Source: a virus
Taxonomy: Duplodnaviria; Caudoviricetes
Reading direction: 5' to 3' (one strand)
DNA: 64,000 bases
IMG/VR virus record: IMGVR_UViG_3300005805_000078
Span: 6,707-70,706 of that record
Each line of letters begins with the position of its first letter. Position 1 is the stretch's first letter. The notes under the pieces are model-generated. The model was not told where the DNA came from, ran no database searches, and was given only the letters and a program-made list of their open reading frames with translations. Positions 29,800-39,078 of the stretch are shown here, one piece after another. The translations under genes were made by a program, and so were the position numbers.

Positions 29800-30175
29800 A
29801 ATGCCATTTGATCTTGATAATGAAAACTGTGACGGCTTCAACTTCTTTGTGGACAAAGAGGGTAACAAAGTGGTTCAAACCTTTGAATACTCCGAATCTG
29901 GTCAAAAACTTAAGGGTTCTGATCTAGGTGATCTTTTCGAAATCATCATTGTTCCACAAAAACCTCTGAAAGAGGCGGAAAGATTCCGCGCAATTTTAAT
30001 CTCACCGAAAGTTTATATCAATCGACTTCTCGATGATGGTTTTATTGGAATTGTTGGCAAAGCAACGACACAATCCGAAAAACGATTCATTGAATGGGAA
30101 AACGAGATTAACGCAAAAATTTCTTTGATTAAAGATAAAAATATGTCAGTACATTTTTCTAATGCTAAGGAGTGA
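29792..30175 (+). CDS. Hypothetical protein
   Basis: Coupled ORF in the operon. Confidence 0.6.
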   Translation: MSEMPFDLDNENCDGFNFFVDKEGNKVVQTFEYSESGQKLKGSDLGDLFEIIIVPQKPLKEAERFRAILISPKVYINRLLDDGFIGIVGKATTQSEKRFIEWENEINAKISLIKDKNMSVHFSNAKE

Positions 30176-30453
30176 ATATGATGAATAATATGAAAGCTGA
30201 ATTGAAAGAAATCATTCAAAATAATATTGTCACCGTTGTTTTTACAAAGGTTGACGGCACCGAACGTACAATGAAATGTACACTTCTTCCAGAGTATCTT
30301 CCGCAAAAGCACTCTGACGGCGCACAGTTGCTGCAAGAATCTGTAAGAGCGGAAAATCCGAATAATCTATCTGTATGGGACCTCGAAACGAATTCATGGC
30401 GTTCATTCAGATGCGATTCTGTACAAAAAGTTCAAATGATGACTCTAGAGTAA
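30172..30453 (+). CDS. Conserved T4-like Sm/SH3-fold (WYL-like) protein
   Basis: VVFTKVDGTERTMKCTL...VWDLE...WRSFR. Confidence 0.7.
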   Translation: MNMMNNMKAELKEIIQNNIVTVVFTKVDGTERTMKCTLLPEYLPQKHSDGAQLLQESVRAENPNNLSVWDLETNSWRSFRCDSVQKVQMMTLE

Positions 30454-30454
30454 A

Positions 30455-31558
30455 ATGAGATACACTTCAGTTAAAGAATATGAGAAGACTCTTTCCGGTG
30501 GTGAACCCTCATGGAAAAATAAAGAGACTTCTTTAACTCAGGCACTAAACTGGTACAATTATCATTCAGACTATGCCGAGAGTAAGAAATTCACTATTGA
30601 GTATTTGAAAGAAATCAAAGAAAATAAAAATGTAATTTCTTTGATTGAAAAAGTACCTGATCAAAAGTTTCAAAACTTAGGTTTCGTTTGTCGAATGAAA
30701 CTTAGAGGTGCACCTTTAACTGAAAAAAACAATATGTGGATTCAAAAGTTCATTGATGAACTTAAGAAAGAAAAACAGCCGCAAGAAAAAGAAAAAATTG
30801 AATCTCCGGTAAATTTGGAAACACCTGTCATTTCAGTTCAAGAAAAGACTGCAGAAAAGTCTAAAGAATATATTTCAGAATTGGATTCATTGATTGATGA
30901 CTTTGTAATTACTAAAAATCTGAAAAAAGTAAATACCTATGAGATGATGATCAAACTTGGCATCAAGAAAGGTCATGTGTCTCATATTAAGAAATTTTTC
31001 GAAAAGAGATTAAAAGAGTATAATGAAGTTCAGAATTCAAAAGACGCGCAAGTAAAAGAAGGATATTCGAATTTCAATAAAAAACAATTGAAAGAATTAA
31101 TTTCATTGGTTGAATTGATTCTAACAGACTTGGATAGAATCGTACATAATGCTAAGGTTACACGTAAACCCAGAAAAAAGAAATCAGTATCTGTAGAGAA
31201 AGTTTTATCAAAAATTCAATACAAGAAAGCAGATGAAGACCTTAAAATTAGTTCTATTAATCCTTCTGACATTTTGGGCGGTTCTCAACTATGGGTATTT
31301 AATACCAAAACGAGAAAACTTGGATGTTATTATGCAAAAGATCAATCCGGATTCTCAATCAAAGGTACTACACTTTTAAATTTCAACGAAGAATCATCTG
31401 TGCAGAAAAATGTACGAAAACCCGATGTGATTATTCCCGATATTATCAAATCGGGTAAGATTGCAATCAAGAAATTATTTGTAGCAATTAATTCTGTCGA
31501 ACAACAGTTGACAGGCAGATTGAATGCAGATACAATTTTGCTGAAAGTGATAAAATAA
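30455..31558 (+). CDS. Conserved T4-like hypothetical protein
   Basis: ALNWYNY, LWVFNTKTRKL, LTGRLN. Confidence 0.7.
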   Translation: MRYTSVKEYEKTLSGGEPSWKNKETSLTQALNWYNYHSDYAESKKFTIEYLKEIKENKNVISLIEKVPDQKFQNLGFVCRMKLRGAPLTEKNNMWIQKFIDELKKEKQPQEKEKIESPVNLETPVISVQEKTAEKSKEYISELDSLIDDFVITKNLKKVNTYEMMIKLGIKKGHVSHIKKFFEKRLKEYNEVQNSKDAQVKEGYSNFNKKQLKELISLVELILTDLDRIVHNAKVTRKPRKKKSVSVEKVLSKIQYKKADEDLKISSINPSDILGGSQLWVFNTKTRKLGCYYAKDQSGFSIKGTTLLNFNEESSVQKNVRKPDVIIPDIIKSGKIAIKKLFVAINSVEQQLTGRLNADTILLKVIK

Positions 31559-31567
31559 GGAATTACA

Positions 31568-31999
31568 ATGGCTAAGAATATCTATGAAATTTTAGATGAA
31601 GTGAGAAATGCTGATTCTAAAAAGGACAAACTAAATGTGTTGGCTAATAATTGGAATCCAACACTTAAACTTGTATTACAGCTTGCTTATCATCCGGATA
31701 TAAAGTGGACGGTTAAAGGCCAGTATCCAGAGATGTATGTGACACCGGATACAAAACCTGGCATATCATACTCAAATCTTACGAATGAAATAAAAAGACT
31801 TTATATTTTTCGACAAGATCATCCGACTGCTCATGCCTTAACCGAAAAAAGACGTAGCGAACTTCTTTTAATCATGCTAGAATCTCTAGAACCCAGAGAA
31901 GCTGATGTTGTAATTGGAATCTTTAAGAAAGATTTGGGTGTAAAAGGGTTAAATCATAAGTTTTTGAACGATAACATTCCGGGTATTTTTACAGAGTAA
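31568..31999 (+). CDS. Conserved T4-like hypothetical protein
   Basis: LLLIMLESL.P.EA motif. Confidence 0.7.
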   Translation: MAKNIYEILDEVRNADSKKDKLNVLANNWNPTLKLVLQLAYHPDIKWTVKGQYPEMYVTPDTKPGISYSNLTNEIKRLYIFRQDHPTAHALTEKRRSELLLIMLESLEPREADVVIGIFKKDLGVKGLNHKFLNDNIPGIFTE

Positions 32000-32014
32000 A
32001 GGAGTAAATAAAAA

Positions 32015-32203
32015 GTGGCTAAATTTGTAGGTAAGTTTCGTCGTGAAGAAGATAGTTCTGACGAATATGGTTATGCAAAAAGTTTTAATAAGTCGAAGAA
32101 AAAGAAAAACGAGACAAGAGAACTACGTCGTCTAAAAAGACTTCAGACAGAAGAAGATTATAGCTACAGCGACCAGTCATTTTCGAAATATGTAAAGTAC
32201 TAA
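32015..32203 (+). CDS. Small basic hypothetical protein
   Basis: SD AAGGAG, GTG start. Confidence 0.55.
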   Translation: MAKFVGKFRREEDSSDEYGYAKSFNKSKKKKNETRELRRLKRLQTEEDYSYSDQSFSKYVKY

Positions 32204-32214
32204 GGTTCTTTTTT

Positions 32215-32550
32215 ATGATGATTCATGTGAAACTTCCGAAGTCGAAGAGGAAGCTCGGTTCTAAAAAAGAACGTGAGCAGTATGAACAGTGGCTCAAGAA
32301 ACACGAATCGAGTGCTAAGAAAGTCACTGCTACAAACTCTTACGAATGGAAACAAACCTTCACTGTACCGAAAGGTCGTGAAAAAGTTGAAATTCGTTCA
32401 CTGAACACCGGGCTTGGATATGCAAAAGCACCGGAAAAGAAAACATACACTGGAACTAACATGTTAGGCATTGGAACTCTTCATAAATCTAATGCTGTTC
32501 CTGTTTTTTCAAAAGAAGAAGCAGTTGACATGTCTAAAATGCGGAGATAA
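32215..32550 (+). CDS. Conserved T4-like hypothetical protein
   Basis: YTGT..LGIGTLHKSNAVPV...MRR. Confidence 0.75.
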   Translation: MMIHVKLPKSKRKLGSKKEREQYEQWLKKHESSAKKVTATNSYEWKQTFTVPKGREKVEIRSLNTGLGYAKAPEKKTYTGTNMLGIGTLHKSNAVPVFSKEEAVDMSKMRR

Positions 32551-32727
32551 ATTATGGGAAACGAAGAAAATTATAAGAATCTAGAGAATGTCATGCAAAA
32601 ATGGGCAAATCCTGACGGATTTCACAAAAAGGGACTTTTTTTCAACAAAAATACATGTGAAGCACTTGATTTTTCTCTCCTAAAACAACAAAATATCAAA
32701 ATTTCTGATGCCGACAACATTTTTCTC

Positions 32728-32756
32728 TTGACGAAGTGAAAAAAACACTATAAAAT
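32728..32756 (+). promoter_or_regulatory. Sigma70-type promoter
   Basis: TTGACG-N17-TAAAAT upstream of 32789. Confidence 0.55.
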
Positions 32757-32788
32757 CTTAAAAACTCACTTTTTAAGGAATTTTTACG

Positions 32789-34978
32789 ATGTTGCTCGAA
32801 GAAAAATCGATTCTTGCTCGCCTCATGGCAACCGAAAACCTCTTTATTGAAGAGAGGAACGTTTCGACTGCATATTTTGATCTAAAAAATCGTGTTCTCA
32901 CTGTTCCTATTCTAAATGGAAACTTGTCGAATCACGTTTATGATCTTTTTCTTGGGCACGAAGTCGGTCATGCGCTCGAAACGCCAATTAATGGCTATCA
33001 CAATTCAGTTTACAATAAGAAACTGAATCAAAGTATTCTTAATGTATGTGAAGACGCACGTATTGAGAAAAAGATTAAGCGTAAATTCCCTGGTATTCGC
33101 CATTCATTCAACAACGCATATAAAGAATTGATGGAGATGGATTTCTTCTCAATCAAAGACGTTAATGTGAATGAACTGAATCTGATTGACAGAATCAACC
33201 TTCATACTAAAGTTGGTATTTCTCTGAATATCCAATTTAATGAAGTTGAGCAATCTCTTTTGAATGAAGTTGAAAATACTGAAACATTCAAAGAAGTTGT
33301 TGCCGTCGCAATTAAAATTCAGAAGTACATGAGGGAGCAAAGTCGTAAAGAGAAAAACCAAGGTGAAAATATTTTCCAAAAAATGATGGATCAATTCCCG
33401 GAGAGTTTCACTCCACCGGAGAATGTTGAAACTGTTGTCGAAAAGGAAGAAGATCCTTCAGGAAACGGTGAAACTCACACTGTTAACGTTCCCTCTGGCA
33501 ATAAAAAAGAAGAATCGGCTGACGAAAATGGAATAGATGACGACAACCAAGATTTGTCTTCACTCGACTCGAAGACGCATGATGCGTTTAGAAAGAACGA
33601 AAAGAAGTTGTTTGAAACAAATCCAAAGGGCGATGTTGTATATTGTAATGTGCCAAAAATTCATGAAGATGATTTTCTTATTCCATATAAGAAAATATTG
33701 AATTTGGTTTCAAAGTATCCTAAAAGCATGAGAAGCGAATCCATTGCAATATATGAGAATCTTAAGAAAATCAATTTCAATGAATTTCAGAAGTTCAAAA
33801 ACTCGAATGATCGTATTGTCTCACATCTGGTAAAAGAGTTCGAGCTTCGTAAAAATGCGGATCAAAACTCCCGAGCCCGTGTTGCGAAGAGCGGTGATAT
33901 CAATATGTCGAGACTTCATGATTATCAGTTCACGGATGATATCTTCCGACGCATCACTCGCGTACCAAACGGTAAGTCGCATGGGCTTGTGATGTTCATT
34001 GACTGGTCTGGTTCAATGTCGAATCATATTCACTCGACAATTAAGCAATTGCTAACACTTGTATATTTTTGTCGGAAAGTGAATATACCTTTTGAAGTCT
34101 ATGCGTTCACATCCGGATTTCATGAAGAGAATTCTCCACAGAAACTTACGAAAACTAAGTTTAAAATTGGTGATCTCTATTTCTCCAATACTCATATGGC
34201 TTTGATGAATTTCTTTTCTTCAAAAATGAAGAATTCTGAGATCACTCAAATGGCATCTTTCCTCTATTCTTACAATCGGAGGGGTAGTTATATGCCAAAC
34301 GGTTTTTCTCTGAGCGGAACACCATTGAACGAATGTGTTATGGCTGCGTTTGAGGTTGTTCCAGAGTTTAAGAAGAAGAACAATCTACAAATTGTAAATA
34401 CGATTTTTCTCACTGATGGTGATGGTCATGAATGCCGCTCAATTGTGAATTATAAGGACAATAAAAACGCTAACAATATAGGTCTCAATTCTATTCTTTC
34501 GGGTAGAATTTCGAAATTGTTCTTTCGAGATGTAGAGACGAAGTGTACTGTTGAAGTTTCAAAGTATTTTGGATACACAAAAAATCATCAGACAGTCGCA
34601 CTTCTTCAACTTCTGAAGCAACGTGCGAGATGTAACATTATCTCGTTCTTTGTTTCATCGACTTCTGGATTGAAAGATAAAATTATAGAGCGGAATAATA
34701 TAGAAAATAAACTGAGCGGCATATATAGAGTCCAATCTCGCGAAGAAGAGAAGCAAATTAGTGAACTGAGAAAAAACAAATTTTACATTCTGAAAACATC
34801 TTACTATGATGAAATGTATCTGATCAAATCTGATACAATTGATATTGAAGATGAAGAATTCGAAATTGAAGCGGATAAAACAAACACACGTTCAATTGCG
34901 TCTGCATTCACTAAATATAACGAAAACAAAATGCACTCTCGCATTTTCTTGAATCGTTTCGTCAAAATGATTTCTTGA
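32789..34978 (+). CDS. Metallopeptidase-like (HExxH) plus vWA-domain protein (CobT-like partner of MoxR ATPases)
   Basis: HEVGHALET, NVCEDARIE; MIDAS DWSGS, GTPL, FLTDG. Confidence 0.85.
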   Translation: MLLEEKSILARLMATENLFIEERNVSTAYFDLKNRVLTVPILNGNLSNHVYDLFLGHEVGHALETPINGYHNSVYNKKLNQSILNVCEDARIEKKIKRKFPGIRHSFNNAYKELMEMDFFSIKDVNVNELNLIDRINLHTKVGISLNIQFNEVEQSLLNEVENTETFKEVVAVAIKIQKYMREQSRKEKNQGENIFQKMMDQFPESFTPPENVETVVEKEEDPSGNGETHTVNVPSGNKKEESADENGIDDDNQDLSSLDSKTHDAFRKNEKKLFETNPKGDVVYCNVPKIHEDDFLIPYKKILNLVSKYPKSMRSESIAIYENLKKINFNEFQKFKNSNDRIVSHLVKEFELRKNADQNSRARVAKSGDINMSRLHDYQFTDDIFRRITRVPNGKSHGLVMFIDWSGSMSNHIHSTIKQLLTLVYFCRKVNIPFEVYAFTSGFHEENSPQKLTKTKFKIGDLYFSNTHMALMNFFSSKMKNSEITQMASFLYSYNRRGSYMPNGFSLSGTPLNECVMAAFEVVPEFKKKNNLQIVNTIFLTDGDGHECRSIVNYKDNKNANNIGLNSILSGRISKLFFRDVETKCTVEVSKYFGYTKNHQTVALLQLLKQRARCNIISFFVSSTSGLKDKIIERNNIENKLSGIYRVQSREEEKQISELRKNKFYILKTSYYDEMYLIKSDTIDIEDEEFEIEADKTNTRSIASAFTKYNENKMHSRIFLNRFVKMIS

Positions 34979-35004
34979 TTCCGATTGATACGAGGTTATA
35001 AAAT

Positions 35005-35559
35005 ATGATCACTGTACAAAATGATACACTCTCAGAGAGCCTCATTGATGATATAATGAGCTGGAATAGAGATACACAGATGAATGACGTTTGGGCTACG
35101 AATCAAACAAAATGGACACACTCACTTAAGTATGCAACAACTGGTGTGATTCTTTCGCGTGTCATGCCGGATAATCTCTCTGCTCGAATATATGATGAAC
35201 TACAGTTGAGGGGTAAGATTGACTACGCGCCGTGGTCGCGCTCTTGTCTCTTTTATATCGGGCTGCCGAACTCCTGCGTTAACTGGCACGCAGACTATCG
35301 AGACTATAATGCAATGTCGATTTACTTGAATCGTACTTGGATTTCAAACTGGGGCGGCTGGTTCGGCTACACAGAGAAATACAATTTCGTCGAGGGTGAT
35401 GTAAACCCGGAGGACGGTAAGTTCATCGTACCGAGGTTCAATCTCTCTGTACTCTCTACTGAAATGGAGTGGCACTGCACAACGCCAATGAGCCCGATTG
35501 CAGAGCCGAGATATTCAATTCAACTCTTCTTCTCTAAGAAAGACTTCGTACAAAAATGA
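35005..35559 (+). CDS. 2OG-Fe(II) oxygenase
   Basis: WHAD, WGG, WHC, R.SIQ. Confidence 0.82.
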   Translation: MITVQNDTLSESLIDDIMSWNRDTQMNDVWATNQTKWTHSLKYATTGVILSRVMPDNLSARIYDELQLRGKIDYAPWSRSCLFYIGLPNSCVNWHADYRDYNAMSIYLNRTWISNWGGWFGYTEKYNFVEGDVNPEDGKFIVPRFNLSVLSTEMEWHCTTPMSPIAEPRYSIQLFFSKKDFVQK

Positions 35560-35933
35560 TTCTTGGACCGTATCTAATAAAGGTGACTCTACCGACTAAA
35601 GAGATTGTGTGGTACTGGTCACATCATCAGAAGAATTCAAAGCCGATCTCGCCAGTATTCAGAAGAAAGAAGGACGCTGAAGAGTGGCTTGAATCTTTCA
35701 TGAGAGTATATAGTGAAATGAATGAATTAATTGACCGTGCAAAGAACGGGCAATTCTACTCCGTGAAAGCAATTATAGATTCAAGTGTAATTGAACAGTA
35801 TGATTATCCGCCATTTCCGATTACAATCAATGCGGAAGACGGAACAATTTCAACAAAGATACTTGCAAAAACACTTGAAGACGCGAGAAACAAATTCACA
35901 AAATACTTTGAAGTAATTGAATGGATTGAATAA
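35556..35933 (+). CDS. Hypothetical protein
   Basis: Coupled ORF. Confidence 0.55.
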   Translation: MILGPYLIKVTLPTKEIVWYWSHHQKNSKPISPVFRRKKDAEEWLESFMRVYSEMNELIDRAKNGQFYSVKAIIDSSVIEQYDYPPFPITINAEDGTISTKILAKTLEDARNKFTKYFEVIEWIE

Positions 35934-35944
35934 GAGAGGAAACT

Positions 35945-36967
35945 ATGAAAAGCAAACTTAAATACTACATTTCAGCCTTTGTACTTGGAATATCGGGAGC
36001 AGCATACTCAGCAGACATCACGGGCGCTGGAGCAACGTTCCCGTATCCAGTCTATGCGAAGTGGGCAGAGTCATACAAGAAGCAGACTGGCGTAGGGCTT
36101 AATTACCAGAGCATTGGTAGCTCAGGCGGTATTCGACAAATCAATGCAGGCACTGTCACGTTCGGCGCTACAGATGCACCAGTGAGAGGAGAAGAGCTGG
36201 AGAGCAGAAAGCAAGTACAATTTCCAGCAATCATCGGTGGTACAGTACCCATCGTGAACCTGGACGGCTTCAAACCCGGTGAACTTCGAATCACCGGAGA
36301 AGTACTCGCTCAAATCTACCTCGGCTCAATCACTAAGTGGAACGACAGTAGACTCTCTGCACTGAATCCGGGAAAAGCGTTACCGAACCAGAACATCACA
36401 GTAGTGCATAGAGCGGATGGTTCAGGCACTACATTCAACTTCACGGACTATCTATCATCAGCATCAGAAGAATGGGCACAGAAAGTCGGGAAAAACGCAG
36501 CAGTGAAATGGCCAGCACCGAGTAGCATAGGTGGAAAGGGCAATGAAGGCGTAGCAGCAAACGTCGAACGTATCAAAGGCTCTATCGGCTACGTCGAATA
36601 TGCATATGTAAAGAAGAATAGACTCAACTTCCTGCAACTACAGAATAGAAGCGGAAAGTGGGTAAATCCAGATGACTTGACATTTGCAGCAGCAGCATCA
36701 GGCGCAAACTGGTTCTCAGTACCTGGCATGGGCATTTCAATCGTAAACCAAGCAGGCGATAACGTATGGCCAATCAGTACTGCAAGCTTCATTATCATGT
36801 ATAAGGAACCAAAAGACAAAGAACAGAGTAGAGAAGTGCTAAAGTTCTTTGACTGGGCATTCAAGAACGGTAAGAAAGACGCAGAAGAACTCGATTACGT
36901 TTCCCTTCCAGATACACTGACGAACGAAATCCGAAGCAAAGTGTGGTCACAAATCTCAAATAAATAA
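35945..36967 (+). CDS. pstS: Phosphate ABC transporter substrate-binding protein
   Basis: GAGATFP, YQSIGSSGG, RADGSGTT, GKGNEGV, IGYVE. Confidence 0.96.
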   Translation: MKSKLKYYISAFVLGISGAAYSADITGAGATFPYPVYAKWAESYKKQTGVGLNYQSIGSSGGIRQINAGTVTFGATDAPVRGEELESRKQVQFPAIIGGTVPIVNLDGFKPGELRITGEVLAQIYLGSITKWNDSRLSALNPGKALPNQNITVVHRADGSGTTFNFTDYLSSASEEWAQKVGKNAAVKWPAPSSIGGKGNEGVAANVERIKGSIGYVEYAYVKKNRLNFLQLQNRSGKWVNPDDLTFAAAASGANWFSVPGMGISIVNQAGDNVWPISTASFIIMYKEPKDKEQSREVLKFFDWAFKNGKKDAEELDYVSLPDTLTNEIRSKVWSQISNK

Positions 36968-37004
36968 ACCGTTTAAACCACAAACGGAAACGGAGAGAAA
37001 AGAC

Positions 37005-37226
37005 ATGAACCAAGTAAACCAATTCGGAGACGGTGTTAGTAAAGAAGCAAACGTATATGAGATGGACGGAGGTTTATTCCTCGTAGAATACAGCAACACA
37101 GAAGTGGGGCATTTTGTTAGAGCAGGCTTCTTCTCAACGAAAGAACTCGCCGATGCAAAAGCTGTAGAATTGCTTGAAGCAGAATGTATTACGGGAGAGA
37201 TGCTTACTGGTGATGTAGCGGCGTAA
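37005..37226 (+). CDS. Small acidic hypothetical protein
   Basis: SD GGAG, 73 aa. Confidence 0.65.
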   Translation: MNQVNQFGDGVSKEANVYEMDGGLFLVEYSNTEVGHFVRAGFFSTKELADAKAVELLEAECITGEMLTGDVAA

Positions 37227-37251
37227 AGATAAAGAAGATAGTAGAGAAAAG

Positions 37252-37281
37252 AAAAGAGGTGCATTGAGCACCTCTTTTTTT
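37252..37281 (+). terminator. Intrinsic (probably bidirectional) terminator
   Basis: AAAAGAGGTGC-ATTGA-GCACCTCTTTT followed by T-run. Confidence 0.85.
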
Positions 37282-37541
37282 ATGGGTAGTGGGTAGGAGG
37301 AAAATTCGAAAACCGTATGGGAGCTCCTGAAAAAATTTTTAGAATGGAAGGGAGTAGAAAATTCGAAATTCGTGGAGGGGGTGGAAAAATAAAAAAAAGA
37401 AAAAAAAAGTTTGGGCCATATCGCCGAATAACTCATACTCAATAAGTTTTAGTATACTGCTCGCAAAAGTTTAATATACTCTGTATAACTGCTGTATTAC
37501 TCTGTATTATAATATTGCATATTACTTACTTAGTTACTTAC

Positions 37542-37625
37542 TTACTTTGTAAATATTAGCACAAGTGTTGCGAAAATATATGCTGCAATAAATGCAGCAT
37601 TTTCGAATCGATTATCTGAAAACAT
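37542..37625 (-). CDS. 27-aa membrane peptide (absent from ORF track)
   Basis: MFSDNRFENAAFIAAYIFATLVLIFTK; leader GAAAGCGAGTATCAAA identical to that of 38024-38368. Confidence 0.55.
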   Translation of the reverse strand: MFSDNRFENAAFIAAYIFATLVLIFTK

Positions 37626-37665
37626 TTTGATACTCGCTTTCTGAATTTAGATTTGTTGATTAATT

Positions 37666-37911
37666 TCAATCAAAAATCAGATAGCATCCCGCGTTATCGA
37701 GATTATAATAATCGATGAGTGTTTCGAAGCATTCTTCGAGAGTATCACATTCATCGCCCCCGATATCGCGACCATTTTCGATATAGTGCAAATCCAAGAT
37801 TATGTCGCGATCAACAATCTTTGCGATCAATTCATCGTTGAAATACACTTTTCGAATCGTCGAATCTTCAACGATATTGAATTCGACATTGTTGAAAATG
37901 ATCTTCTTCAT
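37666..37911 (-). CDS. Small acidic protein
   Basis: Own promoter and GAAAGCGAG leader; CDTLEEC motif shared with 38414-38656. Confidence 0.75.
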   Translation of the reverse strand: MKKIIFNNVEFNIVEDSTIRKVYFNDELIAKIVDRDIILDLHYIENGRDIGGDECDTLEECFETLIDYYNLDNAGCYLIFD

Positions 37912-37994
37912 TTGTCTACTCGCTTTCGTGTGCTGTGTTGATCGAATGAAGACAGTATAGCAGTGTCGCGATATCTGTCAAGTGTTGCGTGAGA

Positions 37995-38015
37995 AGTTGA
38001 CTAGATCAGTCAACT
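37995..38015 (-). repeat. Palindromic cassette element 1 (GG/CC-free variant) plus promoter
   Basis: AGTTGACT-AGATC-AGTCAACT; minus promoter TTGACA 37976-81, N16, TATACT 37954-59. Confidence 0.9.
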
Positions 38016-38023
38016 ATTTTTGA

Positions 38024-38368
38024 TCAATACTTCGACAGTTTTTCAATAAAAGAATAAAACATATTCGAAGCATAATCTAGAATGACATTTTCACTCTCAA
38101 AATTTGAGATAAAATAATCAGAATATGCATTGAAATAATCAGAACGCGAACGACGATATTCTCGCAAGAATTCGACAGTAGAATGAATCGCGTCACTGTC
38201 GCGTTTTTCGATCATTACTTCAATATTGTTGATTTGTGAAGTATCTTCATTAAAATTGATTTGAATAATGACGCATACTTGATCATTATTTGAAACAGTA
38301 TATGTTTCAAAATCTCTGTCATAATCGATAAGAACAACATTCTCATAATCGACAAGAACAACATTCAT
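38024..38368 (-). CDS. Acidic protein lacking Gly, Pro and Trp
   Basis: 114 aa; GAAAGCGAG leader. Confidence 0.7.
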   Translation of the reverse strand: MNVVLVDYENVVLIDYDRDFETYTVSNNDQVCVIIQINFNEDTSQINNIEVMIEKRDSDAIHSTVEFLREYRRSRSDYFNAYSDYFISNFESENVILDYASNMFYSFIEKLSKY

Positions 38369-38413
38369 TTTGATACTCGCTTTCTGATTTGATGATTGAA
38401 TGATGATTATCGA

Positions 38414-38656
38414 TTAGTCGAGATATTCAAGACATTCTTCGATAGAATCGCATGTTGCAGAAGCGACAAATTCGTCATCTTCACGATTGTATTCATAATA
38501 CACTTCGAAGAGTGCATTATCGTACTTTTGATTGTCGATATCAACGAAATATTCGATGATATATGCAACACGCTTTTTGCTTCGCGAATTCGCACGAAAC
38601 ACATTATATTCATTGCAATCTGAAGATTCGTAAGTCTTGACGATACGATACTTCAT
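38414..38656 (-). CDS. Acidic protein lacking Gly, Pro and Trp
   Basis: MKYRIV...CDSIEECLEYLD; leader duplicated from 37912-37950. Confidence 0.72.
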   Translation of the reverse strand: MKYRIVKTYESSDCNEYNVFRANSRSKKRVAYIIEYFVDIDNQKYDNALFEVYYEYNREDDEFVASATCDSIEECLEYLD

Positions 38657-38739
38657 TTGTCTACTCGCTTTCGTGTGCTGTGTTGATCGAATGAATGCAT
38701 TATGTGTCAGACACACGAACGATACAAGCGATCTTTGCA

Positions 38740-38762
38740 TAGTTGACTAGATCGCTCGACTA
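38740..38762 (-). repeat. Palindromic element 2 plus promoter
   Basis: TAGTTGACT-AGATC-GCTCGACTA; TTGTAT 38722-27, N17, CATAAT 38699-704. Confidence 0.8.
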
Positions 38763-38958
38763 TGAAAAAAAGCTTGACAGAGTGTGCAGAGTGTGCTATT
38801 CGCGCGTGTGCGTGTGCGCGCGTGTTTGTGAGTCAGCGCAATTCTTGACAAGACAGGTCTGATTACCTCTTGACAAATTTTTTACCTGCGATCTAGAATG
38901 AAATAAACACGAATCATGTCTGCAAATAGTATATTCAATATTCAATCGAGTATCTCGA

Positions 38959-39041
38959 CACATACTCTCGCGAGTATCGAGACATACTATATGTCGAGTA
39001 TGTGCTGTGATACTCATATTATATACTCGCGAGAGTATGTG
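38959..39041. repeat. Perfect 19-bp inverted repeat in a GAGTAT/ATACTC-rich tract
   Basis: CACATACTCTCGCGAGTAT (38959-77) and ATACTCGCGAGAGTATGTG (39023-41). Confidence 0.85.
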
Positions 39042-39078
39042 CTGATATACTCGACAGTCTTAATTACTGTATTGATTG

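Larger units (their letters stand above)
37796..38855. other. 1060-bp tract with no GG or CC dinucleotide
   Basis: Read line by line: last CC at 37794-37795, next GG at 38856-38857. Confidence 0.9.

Noticed and set aside
35900-35945. Pho box upstream of pstS
   Set aside because: No CTGTCAT-like 11-bp-spaced direct repeats recognised
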